The notes beneath the pieces were generated by a model that saw only the letters and a program-made list of their open reading frames with translations, ran no database searches and was not told where the DNA came from. Shown here one piece after another: positions 1 through 11,099 of a stretch of DNA of 64,000 bases; within the stretch, counting starts at the first letter, position 1; every line of letters begins with the position of its first letter. This stretch comes from Octopus sinensis (lineage: Eukaryota). A program made the position numbers and the translations under genes. The DNA is taken from NCBI RefSeq assembly GCF_006345805.1, contig NC_042999.1:83700001-83764000 (forward strand), given 5' to 3'.

Positions 1-1110
1 GCAACTGGATGATTGCCCCCTTAGATGTCAAGTAGACGAACGCTACTATGCCTCGAGGATCCTTGAAAGGGAACTCGGCATCATATTTTTGACCTATAAC
101 CTGTTTACCACTTATGTGGAAGCTTGTGACTGGTGTCTTGGAGGAAGAGTTATACAACCATCTGGAAAGTAACTATCTACATCTACATATAATATAAGAA
201 ACAGAGGCATGAACAGAAAGGATGCAGGAAACAAAGTAGGGCAACAAAAATTAATAAAATGATAATTAGAAAATATAGACGCAGATTGACGAGACTGAAT
301 GTTGCATGGCTAGATTACAAAAATGCATATGAGATGGTACCATACATTTGGATAAGTAAAACAATGAGTATGTTTGGAAAAGCAAAAAAAAAAAAGACAA
401 AACATGGAGAAAACGTTTAATGAAAGTATGAAATATTGTAATACTGAAATGATCGGAGGAAAGCAAAAACTCGGAAAAGTAAACATCAGACGTGGAATAT
501 TCCAAGGTGACGTCTTATCACCCTTACTATTCGTACAGGCCATGACACCGTTCACTATTATACTAAGAAAAGTGACACACATTGTGACAGAATGCCCCAA
601 GTTGGCACAGGAATAATATAAGAAACAGAGGCATGACCAGGCTGTAAACGTTTTACCCTGGAAACTGCCAGAAATGGGGATTTGAAGCTGGAAACATGGT
701 ACAAGCATCGAGTCGAAAGAGTATTGGAGTTGGAGAAATGTTAGATTTTGTGGGACTTTCCTATTAAAACGGATAAGAAGTTAAGAACTAATAGACCAGT
801 CATAACAATTATAGATAAGGAAAAGCGAAGCTGCTTACTTATCGACCCATCATGCCCGTTTGATTTCAGGAATGTAAAAAATGTGGAAGGAAAAAAAATG
901 CAATCCCTTAAAATTTGAAATAAGAAGAATTCGAAGCATGCAAACAGTAAAGGTAGTGCCTGTAATAATGGGTGCATTGGGAACAGTAAGCCAAGATATA
1001 GACAATTGACTGAAGGAGAATGAAATAGAATGCCCAGTAGTGCTCCTACAGAAAACTTATCTTTTAGGGACAACAAGGATTATCAAGAGGGCTCCAAGCA
1101 TTTGAAAAAC
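1..1110 (+). mobile_element. Degenerate R4/Dong-clade non-LTR retrotransposon: RT fragment, internal deletion, then CCHC and restriction-like endonuclease region
   Basis: Translations across frameshifts give PITCLPLMWKLVTG, EQKGCRK, AWLDYKNAYEMVP, RRGIFQGDVLSPLLF, then directly HIVTECPKLAQ, WDFPIKTDKKLRTNRP, LLIDPSCPFD and VVPVIMGALG. RT motif 5 onward is missing (fusion near 575). Contains stops and frameshifts. Confidence 0.85.
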
Positions 1111-1179
1111 TGATGAAACTTACGGATACCTAAGATTACAGGTGGTAACCCGCTATCCACATAAATCCTACCAGGAATA

Positions 1180-1335
1180 AGACCGAAACTGAGCCTCCTT
1201 GGAACGGCAAGAATAATTAGGAAAGCATTAGATAGCTGAAAAGAATAGATAGCATCGCACCGTAAGATGCAGGAAGCAAGTCCGCTACGCATGCAACACA
1301 CCAGGAACTCCAACAAAACCTGTGATAAAGAGAAA
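1180..1335 (+). mobile_element. Short 3' end of a second R4/Dong-like element
   Basis: LGTARIIRKALDS* C-terminus followed by a short 3' UTR running into (AAT)n. Confidence 0.6.
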
Positions 1336-1385
1336 TGATAATAATAACAACACCAACTGCAATAATAATAATAATAATAATAATA

Positions 1386-1420
<35 letters not shown>
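1336..1420. repeat. (AAT)n microsatellite separating Dong-like copies
   Basis: Direct reading. Confidence 0.95.
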
Positions 1421-1422
<2 letters not shown>

Positions 1423-2025
1423 GCTAAGAAGTAATATATTCTGAGATACGACATAGTTGGGGCCGACATACACTGGAAGCTATGCCAACACTATGGAATA
1501 ACAACAGAAAAAAGATCGTATAAGCACACACCAGAAAGGTCACAAAAAATGAGAAAACAACCATTCTATGGGATATGCCAATACACACAGATAGAGAAAT
1601 TAAGGCCAATAGGCCAAATATAGTTGTCAGAGATAATGAAAAAAAAAATGCTTTCGAATTGATGCATCAATATCAGCAGATGACAACGTGCCTCTAAAAG
1701 CAATGGAGAAACTTTCAAAATACAAAGACCTGGAATTAGAAGTAACTCGAATGTGGAATCTAAAAACTGAAAGAATTCCCATCATAGTAGGCGCATTAGG
1801 TATGATAAAAAAATTCAAACAAATACATAACAAAACACCAGGACTAATAAATGTATATAACATAAAGAAAATAACACTACTGGGCACTGCACACATCCTA
1901 CGCAAAACACTTTCAATACAGTAACCATAAGAGCATTACAGCAAACCACAGCAGATACCCGAGGCACACAGAGCTGCACTCGGTAGTGAAGTGAAAGCAC
2001 GCTATAAAAATAAAATAATAATAAC
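1421..2025 (+). mobile_element. 5'-truncated R4/Dong-like element (endonuclease end plus 3' UTR)
   Basis: IHWKLCQHYG, ILWDMPIHTDREIKANRPNIV, then ORF 1688-1924 EKLSKYKDLELEVTRMWNLKTERIPIIVGALG...LLGTAHILRKTLSIQ*. 3' UTR nearly identical to the copy at 8606-8700. Confidence 0.9.
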
Positions 2026-2181
2026 AGTATCACAAAATTCGGCTTTACTTGGAACTGCATGCATATTGCGTAAAATACTGTTTGTCTGAGGCTTTGTTGT
2101 GACTTGACAGACAGTACAAATGCCCGGTAGACGCAATATCTTCAACGAAGATCACGATATTGGATATTGTGTGATGTCTTC
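2026..2181 (+). mobile_element. Short 3' end of another Dong-like subfamily
   Basis: QNSALLGTACILRKILFV* followed by a UTR and the (AAT)n tract at 2182-2243. Confidence 0.6.
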
Positions 2182-2219
<38 letters not shown>

Positions 2220-2834
2220 TAATAATAATAATGATGATAATAATTCCTATTATAGACACAAGGCCTCAAATTTGTTAGTTACATAGAGTTCGAAAAATAT
2301 AAAAATTAGATGGATTTGAAGCGTGTACACAGAAATACCTCAAAAGCAGTGAAGTGAGAGTAATATTTTAGAAAATATGCATATTTTCACAGTTAAGGAA
2401 ATGCTTGGAAATGCCACAGCTTGGAAATGAGCATGTATGTGTCTCATTCGCTAAGACTGCAAAGTACTCCACTCAGCGGACATGCAGTGTACTCCACTCA
2501 GCGGATGTTGTCAGTATACGGAGCGTTTCCCTCAACAGAAAGCAAAATATCAGATTGTCCAGCCTGTTCAGGCGTGATTTGGAATGAGACGCAACAATCA
2601 GGCGTTAATAGATAGCGGTAACAATGTAGACGTTCGCCACCGACCTTCACCCAATCATTCATGGGTAGCTTCCTCTCAGCTAATTTTCAAAATTAGACTT
2701 GCCACCCTGGCTGTCAGTTCATCCCCGGACCTTTCTAACTGGAGATCTGAACTAAACCAGATCTCGAGCAATTTAGCCGTTCCGTACCTCCAGTGCACTA
2801 CGACGCTGCGAGACAACATAGATCTACAAATCTA

Positions 2835-3070
2835 GAGGCGCGTAGATTAGTGGTTAGGGTGTTGGATCGTAAGATTGTGGTTTCGATTCCTGGACCGGGC
2901 AACATTTTGTGTTCTTGAGCAAAACACTTCATTTCACGTTGCTCCAGTCCACTCAGTTAGCAAAAAGGAGTAACCCTGTGACAGACCACCATCCCGCCCA
3001 GGTGGGGAAAATATACGCCATGAAAACCAGGAAACAGGCCCTAATGAGTCAGCATGACTCGAGAAGGAAA
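2835..3070 (+). mobile_element. tRNA-derived SINE with central conserved domain
   Basis: A-box-like TAGATTAGTGG, B-box-like GGTTTCGATTCC, followed by gtgttcttgagcaaaacact and a ccctgtgacagaccaccatcccgcccagg core-like body. Confidence 0.7.
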
Positions 3071-3074
3071 TTTT

Positions 3075-3760
3075 ACCATAACCTTTACCACTCCAGATGC
3101 CAAACTGAACGCCCACTAACACTTCGTGTTAGTATATTTATTGGTATGAACTCATGTTCTCTCAGAGCAGTACCGATCTCTTTGTTGTACTCGATATCCA
3201 ACACTATTATGATGACGTCATCCGCATACGACGACAAAGTTTCAACGTTTCTAGTTTCTTTAGTTGGGACTCTAGGGTTTATAAATACAGACCATATTAG
3301 GGGGGAACTTCTTTATAAAACTGGTTACGTAATCTGAACGGTTTCGAATAGTGACCAGTTACCCAGAACGCCGAGCAAATGTCGCTGTACACTGTACGAT
3401 CCAATCCGTGGTAACGGGACCTGAACCGGCTGCTTTGAGGACAGCCACAAAGAAATTGGTCGTCATCATGCCAAAAGTTTCCGATTTATCTGAACTGATC
3501 AGAGCTCCGCATGTACCAGGTCCATTAAGCACCCGTCCTATGTTGTATCGCCTGAAGTGGATATTATCGTGAATTGATCTGTTTCGGATGTCACATGCCT
3601 GCGCCTCACCAACTGAATAATCGAAGACAAGCTTCAACCTCTTCGCTAATACTTAGGATAAAACTTTGAATTGTGCGTTTTACAGAATAGGGGATGGAAA
3701 ATTATCAATGTGGTACCCTTTGCTCGGATCCATTCTTGATCCACCACTTCACGGTTCACA
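3075..3760 (-). pseudogene. Degenerate Tx1/L1-clade reverse transcriptase fragment
   Basis: Minus-strand AKRLKLVF..EAQAC.IRNRSIHDNI, VLKAAGSGPVTTDWI and LSSYADDVIIIV, paralleling VLRAAGFGPVFRGWI and VSAYADDVTVIV in the 54-56 kb element. Confidence 0.7.
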
Positions 3761-3905
3761 TAACGTGGAATTTTTCCCCTCTGTTGGGATAATTTGGATA
3801 ATTTTCTATGTGAGTTAAAATGCTACTGGTTAGTGTGATGGAGTTATTGTATGTGATATTAATATTTATTGGTATGAGCTCCATTAATATTTTATTGTTT
3901 TTCGT

Positions 3906-4357
3906 AAGGCGCAGGAGTGGCTGTGTGGTAAGTAGCTTGCCGCGCAGGAGTGGCTGTGTGGTAAGTAGCTTGCCAACCAACCACATGGTTCCGGGTTCAG
4001 TCCCACTGCGTGGCATCTTGAGCAAGTGTCTTCTGCTATAGCCCCGGGCCGACCAATTCCTTGTGAGTGGATTTGGTAGACGGAAATTGAAAGAAGCCTG
4101 TCGTATATATGTATATATATATGTGTGTGTGTATTTGTTTGTGTGTCTGTGTTTGTCCCCCTAGCATTGCTTGACAACCGATGCTGGTGTGTTTACGTCC
4201 CCGTTACTTAGCGGTTCGACAAAAGAGACCGATAGAATAAGTACTGGGCTTACAAAGAATAAGTCCCGGGGTCGATTTTCTCGACTAAAGGCGGTGCTCC
4301 AGCATGGCCGCAGTCAAATGACTGAAACAAGTAAAAGTGTAAAAGTGTAAAAGTGTA
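3906..4357 (+). mobile_element. Full-length tRNA-derived SINE (family A) with duplicated head, internal (TA)/(TG) tract and (AAAAGTGT)n tail
   Basis: Head tggctgtgtggtaag...gggttcagtccc. Body matches partial copies at 18110, 46120, 50290, 51370 and 53620. Confidence 0.9.
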
Positions 4358-4787
4358 AAGTGTTATATAGTTTGTAATTCCTTGCTTTTGTTCCTATTCG
4401 GAGACGTGTACTGACTGTCGGTGCGTGTGTGAATCTGGTCGCGCTCTTGCTTACAATGGTGATGGCTGTGATAGCAGTAGTGATGCTGATAGAACTGATG
4501 GGGACGGTGGGGGATATTGGTGCTGATGTTGCTGGTTTAGCTGCTGTTGACAGTGATTTTTGTGCATCGCTACTTAAAGCCATCTGCCCAATTTGTTCGT
4601 ATGTTTCTTATTATTTTTTCCATTGTTACTGTTTGTCGTTTGGTGTTCTTCTCGTCACTCCACTTACATGAAATATCCGTGTGGTATCGGTCGGGCTAAG
4701 ATATGCTCTGGAGAGGTGAAGTCTCTGAAGTTCATCATTTACATTATTTACATTTGACGGATATTTGTCCTCATCTTGTTTGTTGTT

Positions 4788-4833
4788 AACACAACGTTTC
4801 GGCTGATGTACCCTTCAGCCTTCGTCAGGTGTC
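4788..4833 (-). ncRNA. Minimal type I hammerhead ribozyme motif (Penelope type)
   Basis: Minus strand gacac-CUGACGA-A-GGCUGA(agggtaca)UCAGCC-GAAA-CG-UU-gugUU: stem I, complete core, 6-bp stem II, palindromic minimal helix III. Confidence 0.65.
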
Positions 4834-4899
4834 TTAGGGGTAATTTCGAACCTGGGTTCTCATTCCTAAGGTATTTTTCGTCGTCGTTGTTATTATTAT

Positions 4900-5002
<103 letters not shown>

Positions 5003-5104
5003 GCTGCTGCTGCTACTACTGCTGCTGCTGCTTCTACTACTACTACTACTACTACTACTACTATTATTATTATTATTATTATTATTTATTATTATTATTA
5101 TTAT

Positions 5105-5173
5105 TCAGGTCACTGCTTGGAATCGAACTCGGAATGCTGGGGTTAGTAGCCCGCGCTCTTAACCACTACACCA
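5105..5173 (-). other. tRNA-derived Pol III head (not a functional tRNA)
   Basis: A box TGGTGTAGTGG and B box GAGTTCGATTCC at tRNA-like spacing; no convincing acceptor stem. Confidence 0.75.
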
Positions 5174-5228
5174 AACAAGATGAGGACAAATATCCGTCAA
5201 TCCGTCAAGTGTAAATAATGTAAAGAAT

Positions 5229-6815
5229 GTCATCATCATCATCATTGTTCGACCGTGGTCGAGACAATGGAATTTACCATGCTACGCCAGACTTCACGGT
5301 CCATCATGGCATTACGGAGGTCCTGTTGCTGGATCCCTGGAGATTACATCAGGGTAGGAGAGTGTGCGCCCTCTGGCATTGCGAGTAGATGGCTTCCAGA
5401 GGAGGAGAGTAGAAATTACCTCTTTTTCAGCTCTACAACAATGTCCAGCAAACTGGACTCTCCTACCTTTCACAAGAGATGACACAGGTGGTAGTTTCCC
5501 ATATATTTGCATTTTGGTTCGATGGCGCTTCCACGAGAGATTTTGAGCACTCATAAAGAGGCGAGTGTAGGTTCCATCCAACCGCCTCTCAAGCTTCTTT
5601 GATAACGTCCAGGTTTCTGAGCCATATAGTAGAATTGGTTCGACTGTGGCTTTGAAGATTTCAAGTTTGAAGTCTCTACTTAGATTTGATGACCAGATCT
5701 TATGCATGTCATTACAGGCTGACCAGGCCATATCCTTTCTAGTTAGAAAATCTTTTCCAGATGATGATATGTATGACCCAAGATATTTGTAATCAGAAAC
5801 CATATTTAAGGGCGCATTGTTGAGAGTATGGATGATGCAATCACTGTTGGACAGGCACTTGTTTATATATTCAGTCTTGGCCTCATTGAGGTAAAGACCT
5901 ACACAATTTGAGGCTTGTTCGAGAGATTGTAAAAGAGACTGGACATTGGAGAGAGAATCACTGATAAGAGCGATGTCGTCAGCAAAGTCAGTGTCTGTCA
6001 AGTATTCAGCTGGGTGTCTGGAACTTCTTGGTTTTATTTCAAAGCCCTTGCCAGAGATGGTATCAACTGACATACGTAGTATATAGTCAACGACAATGAT
6101 GAAAAGAAATGGGGCGAGTGTGTCTCCCTGCAGTATTCCGGCTTTGATTGGGAAAGATGATGTTTCTCCGTCAGGGGTTAAGATGGTTGAAGGCGTATCT
6201 GTGTAGAGGACCTTGATGGCAGAAAGTATTTTGTCTGGTATCCCATAGAGCTTAAGGATTTCAAACATCTTGTACCTATCTACAGAATCGAACGCTTTAG
6301 AAAAGTCTACAAATACCATTGCAAGATCGCGATTAAATGCTTTTGATTCTTCAATAAGTCTGCGTAGGCATAGTATATGGCTCAGCGTTGAGCGCCCATG
6401 TCTGAATCCATTTTGGTTGTTTCGGAGCAAAGGTTCAATAAAAAGGACAAGACGATTTAGAATCAGTTTGTTGTACAGTTTTGCAGCAATTGACATTAGA
6501 GATATACCCCTGTAGTTGGTGACGAGGGATAAATCGCCTTTTTTGGGTATTGGGATGATTTGAGATTGGTGCCAAATCTTTGGAGCGACGAAGGTGGAAA
6601 GTGTGTGGTTGCAAAGGTTGAGCAAAAGCGTGTGAAATCTATCATCCTTCCAAATTACAGCTGGGATGTTGTCGGGACCAAATGCTCTCGAGGCTTTTAG
6701 TTGCTTGGTGGCTGCTGTTAGTTCAAATATGGTAAAAGGGGAGGTGTTGATGTCCAGCGTGTCTGATATAGGCTCACTTGGAAGAGTGGGGTTATCAGGG
6801 ATTTTGGTAAAGAAT
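5229..6815 (-). mobile_element. 5'-truncated RTE-type LINE with (TGA)n tail
   Basis: Frame open from about 6830 (KQLKASRAFGPDNIP...) through the RT. C-terminal AMMDREVWRSMV remnant lies after a small disruption. Tail is catcatcatcatc at 5229-5245. Confidence 0.92.
5312..6625 (-). CDS. LINE (RTE-like) reverse transcriptase, partial; the frame continues upstream of the listed start
   Basis: NYRGISLMSIAAKLYNK, QNGFRHGRST, VDFSKAFDSV, GILQGDTLAPFLF, DTDFADDIAL, YKYLGS motifs. Confidence 0.9.
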   Translation of the reverse strand: MLNLCNHTLSTFVAPKIWHQSQIIPIPKKGDLSLVTNYRGISLMSIAAKLYNKLILNRLVLFIEPLLRNNQNGFRHGRSTLSHILCLRRLIEESKAFNRDLAMVFVDFSKAFDSVDRYKMFEILKLYGIPDKILSAIKVLYTDTPSTILTPDGETSSFPIKAGILQGDTLAPFLFIIVVDYILRMSVDTISGKGFEIKPRSSRHPAEYLTDTDFADDIALISDSLSNVQSLLQSLEQASNCVGLYLNEAKTEYINKCLSNSDCIIHTLNNAPLNMVSDYKYLGSYISSSGKDFLTRKDMAWSACNDMHKIWSSNLSRDFKLEIFKATVEPILLYGSETWTLSKKLERRLDGTYTRLFMSAQNLSWKRHRTKMQIYGKLPPVSSLVKGRRVQFAGHCCRAEKEVISTLLLWKPSTRNARGRTLSYPDVISRDPATGPP

Positions 6816-6839
6816 GTACATAATTCCTTATCTATTAAA

Positions 6840-7990
6840 TATAGAACTGTAGTCTCTGAAGTTGTTTTGTTGATAGAGTTGCTCTTTTGGCTATTCCTGT
6901 GTGTGGCCCTTGATGCTGGTGGGATTTCTTTTTTTCGTTGTTGATAATTTCATTGCTGTTGCTGTTGTTGTCGCTGCTGTAGATGCTGCTGTAACTTTTG
7001 TTCCTTCTGCTGATACTGCTGTTTTCACAGCTTCTACTTTTGTTCTTTTGATCTGCTGCGGCAGTTTCTACTGGTTCTACTGTTTTAACTGCTACTGCTG
7101 TTTCTGCTGGTGCTGTTGTTGTTGTGGTATTATCGATGGTGTCAACAGAAGTGGCAGTTTCTCTTTTTCCCTTTGCTGTGGACAGAAAGCCTAGAGCTGG
7201 TTTGTGTTATCACACAAGTGATACTTCCTCCTGTTACTTTCAACGGCCACGTGAAGTGTCGTATCGTATGACAGTGAATTAGGTCCGAGAAAAATTTAGA
7301 CTAACACTGACATCTATTGAACCACTCAGTTTTGTTTCTGCAGTCTCGGCTCCTACAAAATATTGGTTTTGTCTGCTATATCGAAGAGGACTGCCGCCGC
7401 AAACCATATCCGTTTGTACTCCAGACGAGTGGGATGCTCTTTTCAATTTGTTGCTATGGTTTTGTATAACACAATTTCTCAGGTCGTTTCTCCCAATATG
7501 GCTTCAGGATTAAGAGTAACATTTCTTTCATTTTTTTTTCAGTACATTTTACCTATTTTTAAATCAGCCTCTATAAATTCATATTTTCCAGTATTTAGCG
7601 CGCTGCAGCTTTGAAACAGCCCACGTTGTGTTTTCGAGTGTTATTTTTCTCAGTAGTTGCGTTGGTATTAATTGTGACGTTGGCTGCGTAGGTAGCCTTT
7701 GCAGGTGTGTAGAATAAACAATTTATTTTTCCTTCTTCCTCTTTTTATTGTTTATTGTTGTTGTTTCTGTGCTCGTTGTTGTTGTCTTTGTTTTTTCTGT
7801 CATTGCTGGTTTTGTTTTTGTCAAGTTCTTTGTAAACTTGAGAGAAATTACCATTTGTATTGTTGTCTGTTGGAACAGTCAACTGTCAACTGGTTTTGAA
7901 CAGCAATTTTGTTTTTGAGCAGCCATATTGTTTTATTATTGTAAGCGTAATTTTCGATTTTCAAATTTAAGATGTTGCCTCTAAGTGGCG
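6840..7990 (-). mobile_element. Possible decayed ORF1/5' region of a non-LTR element
   Basis: Minus strand LHVAVESNRRKYHLCDNTNQL*AFCP resembles a degenerate gag knuckle followed by a Thr/Ala/Ser-rich tail; weak. Confidence 0.3.
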
Positions 7991-8169
7991 AATATGTCAC
8001 AAAGCCAAACAACCTAGAAGATGCTGGTTAGCTTAACAAACTGGTACAACAAAGAGGAATACAGGTATCTTGAAAACAATAAAATTTAGAGAAAACCCAT
8101 GAATTTCAAAACGACATCGTTCAGTTTCAAATGCAGTAACAACAACAACAATAATAATAATAGTAATAA

Positions 8170-8350
8170 TGGTTTCAAATTTTGGCACAATGTCAGCAAT
8201 TTTCTGGAAAGTGGGATAAGTCGATTACTTATTTTATCAATCCCGAAAGGATAAATAGCGCAGTCTACCACGATGAAATTTGAACTCAGAAGGTAAAGCC
8301 GGATGAAATGCTGCTAAGTATTTTGTTCGGAATGCTGGCGATCCCACCAG
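8170..8350 (-). mobile_element. tRNA-derived SINE (family B)
   Basis: Reverse complement of the gagttcaaatt...tttatcctttcggg...aataagtaatcgactt...gtgccaaaatttgaaacc body. Confidence 0.75.
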
Positions 8351-8405
8351 CTCCATGTCTCAATGATAATGATAATAATAATAATGATAATAATAATAAT
8401 AATAA

Positions 8406-8703
8406 TACCTGGAAATAGAGGTAACCAGAATGTGGAATCTAAAAACAGAAACATTTCCTATCATAATAGGTGCACTAGGCATGATAAAAAATATTCAGAC
8501 AAATACATAACAAAAACACCAGGACGTACAAACACATATAACATACAGAAAATTGCACTACTAGGCACTGCACACATCCTACGCAGAACACTTTCCATAC
8601 AATAACCATCAGAGCATCACAACAAATCACAGCACATACCTAAGGCACACAGAGCTGCGCTCGGTAGTGAAGTGAAAGCACGCTATAAAAATAAAACTAC
8701 TGA
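8406..8703 (+). mobile_element. 5'-truncated R4/Dong-like element flanked by (AAT)n on both sides
   Basis: DLEIEVTRMWNLKTETFPIIIGALG (frameshift) ...QKIALLGTAHILRRTLSIQ* plus 3' UTR. (AAT)n at 8363-8405 and 8704-8827. Confidence 0.9.
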
Positions 8704-8706
8704 ATG

Positions 8707-8799
<93 letters not shown>

Positions 8800-8829
8800 G
8801 GATAATACTAATAATAATAATAATAATAA

Positions 8830-9385
8830 ATGCCCTGATGCAGTACCAGGCAGTGGCTCTCATGGCTTCTGATCTTAACTGATTGGAAGTGTTATCATGT
8901 ACATTGTTTTGTCTTGGTATAAAAGATGGGCTACAGCAAATATTCTGCTCAATACCACAGATTTGCTTGTCAGTTGTTTGGCCTTAACCAGTTGAGCATG
9001 TCCCTTAGTGGCTGACGATATGTGCATCTCTGATCACGAGCAGAAGTAGTGGGGGAGCATCATGGCCATGTGTTGAGAGGGATTCTTTGGGGTTTGAATA
9101 ATTCACCTCTGGAAACATAGGTGTTTCGTTCAACATCCTAAAGCAACCCTTATTCAGGGACCTTTTGAGCAGGATGGGCTACTCAACCTGAAGAAAATTC
9201 TAACTGGGCCCCACCTGCAAGGTCATGTGCTGTTTATCTTGATATGAGATCACCATGTCGCGCACATATGGTTGTGATGCATGTGCCTGGTGTACCTTTA
9301 TCAGACGGGTAGTCATGATGGGTATATTGGGCTTCGTATATTTTACCCCAGTGTCACTTTGATGGCATGAACTGCTCTCTCACTC
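8830..9385 (+). mobile_element. ~556-bp non-coding interspersed repeat embedded in (AAT)n; orientation inferred
   Basis: Colinear copies at 61903-62448 and 62961-63308; no ORF; bounded by TAA-type repeats. Confidence 0.85.
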
Positions 9386-9547
<162 letters not shown>

Positions 9548-10056
9548 AAGAAGAAGAAGCTGGAGGAGGATGAAGATGAGGAGGAGGTGGCGAAAAAAGG
9601 TTCCGATTTTGACAAAGGCATGAAAATAATTTTGCAGGGGATGTCTTAACAGATTAAATTGACTCTAATTATTAATTTGTAGTTTACTCTAACAACACCG
9701 GAAGGACTAAAGACGACGCTGGCTTTGGTGGATTTCAGCTTAGTAAAATTCGTAATTATATAAGGAAAGTCACTTATTTATGAAGTACTCATGATTCTGT
9801 TAATCCATAATAATTTCTAACATTGGTACAAAGCCAGAAATTTTAGGAATGGGAACAGTTGTGTAATTCGATCTTTATAATTGATTGGTACCTATTTATT
9901 AGTCTTGAGTATACGTGAATGTGAGGGTGTTTGGTGGTGATTGTTCATGTAAGTGTCAGGAATATCATTGATTGAAGTTCTCCACGGCAACAAACTATGC
10001 CGCTCTAATATCACACTTGATTTTTTTTTTCTCATCGAAATGGGAATATGTGAAGT

Positions 10057-10975
10057 CAAACTAGATACCGGGAGAGATTTCGTTCGCCGTACAACCTGCG
10101 CTACCACCCGATATCAGCGAATTCAATCACTTCTTCTTAATACATATGACGTCGGCAGTCAGCGTAAGTTACTTAACATCTGATAAAGAGACTTCATTGA
10201 AGCATATTGATCTTTGAACAGGCTTCTGAATGGCCGTGCAAGATTTTTGCCATGCGCATTACCTAACTAGTTGCTACGTCGGACTGGAAATTGTCATGAA
10301 ATAACGTAAACACTGAAAGCATGACAGCGGTAAAATAGCGAAGATTTGTGTTTATAACAGCCAAGAAGCGAAACGAGGAGAGCTTTCTAACTTTCTCGCA
10401 TGTTTCGAGGTTTTCGAATCTCCTTTTACAGTAGTAGCAATATTTTGTACGATGGACGGTGCTGAGTTGTCAAACATTTAAACCAAATTTTCTCAAAACA
10501 ACTTGTCCGGCCGTCCCATAAGCCTCCTCGTTGAGAAACACTGATTTAACCTAAATTTGAGACGCCAGCAAAAGAAGAAGACTTTTTTCTATTCCAAAGA
10601 AAAACGATTTTATTCACACAAATATGCAACCGAAGAGTTTAAAGTATCAGTAATGATAAGGCTGTTGACTGGGCGAACACAAACATGGTTTAAACAGTAA
10701 GCTTGTCAGGAAAGAAACGTGCCTTTAAGCTGTACAAAAACAACAAAATATGGAAGGTGCAGTTATGTACAGGTTGATGGAAGAGAAGCAGGGCAAAAAC
10801 GGTTTTATTGATCGCATTCTCACCTGGAATCGATTTTTGTAATTTTTTCAAGACTTATACACGCCCTGATACTGTCGGTATCTACATATAAAATTTGAGC
10901 GCAATTGGATGGAGGATGTCCGAGATCCTAGAAGACACACACACAGACAGACAGAACGGATTTTATATAAGAGAT
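10057..10975 (+). mobile_element. Possible non-autonomous Helitron/Helentron-like element
   Basis: Starts aaactagataccggg...gatttcgttcg and ends aaatttgagcgcaattgg...acagacagacagaacggattttatataag, the general layout of DINE-1/Lep1-type elements; single copy in the window. Confidence 0.35.
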
Positions 10976-11099
10976 GAGTGCAGAGTAATGTAACACACTG
11001 CACAGTTTTGTTACGCGGAGAATGTACTTACATTAGGAATGCAATGTTGTGCAGTGTTTTTGAGTGATGTGTTATGCAGGGAAGGAAGTACTGGGAATA

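Noticed and set aside
5105-5173. Genuine tRNA gene
   Set aside because: A and B boxes are present but there is no convincing acceptor stem or cloverleaf; treated as a SINE head, like the other tRNA-like heads
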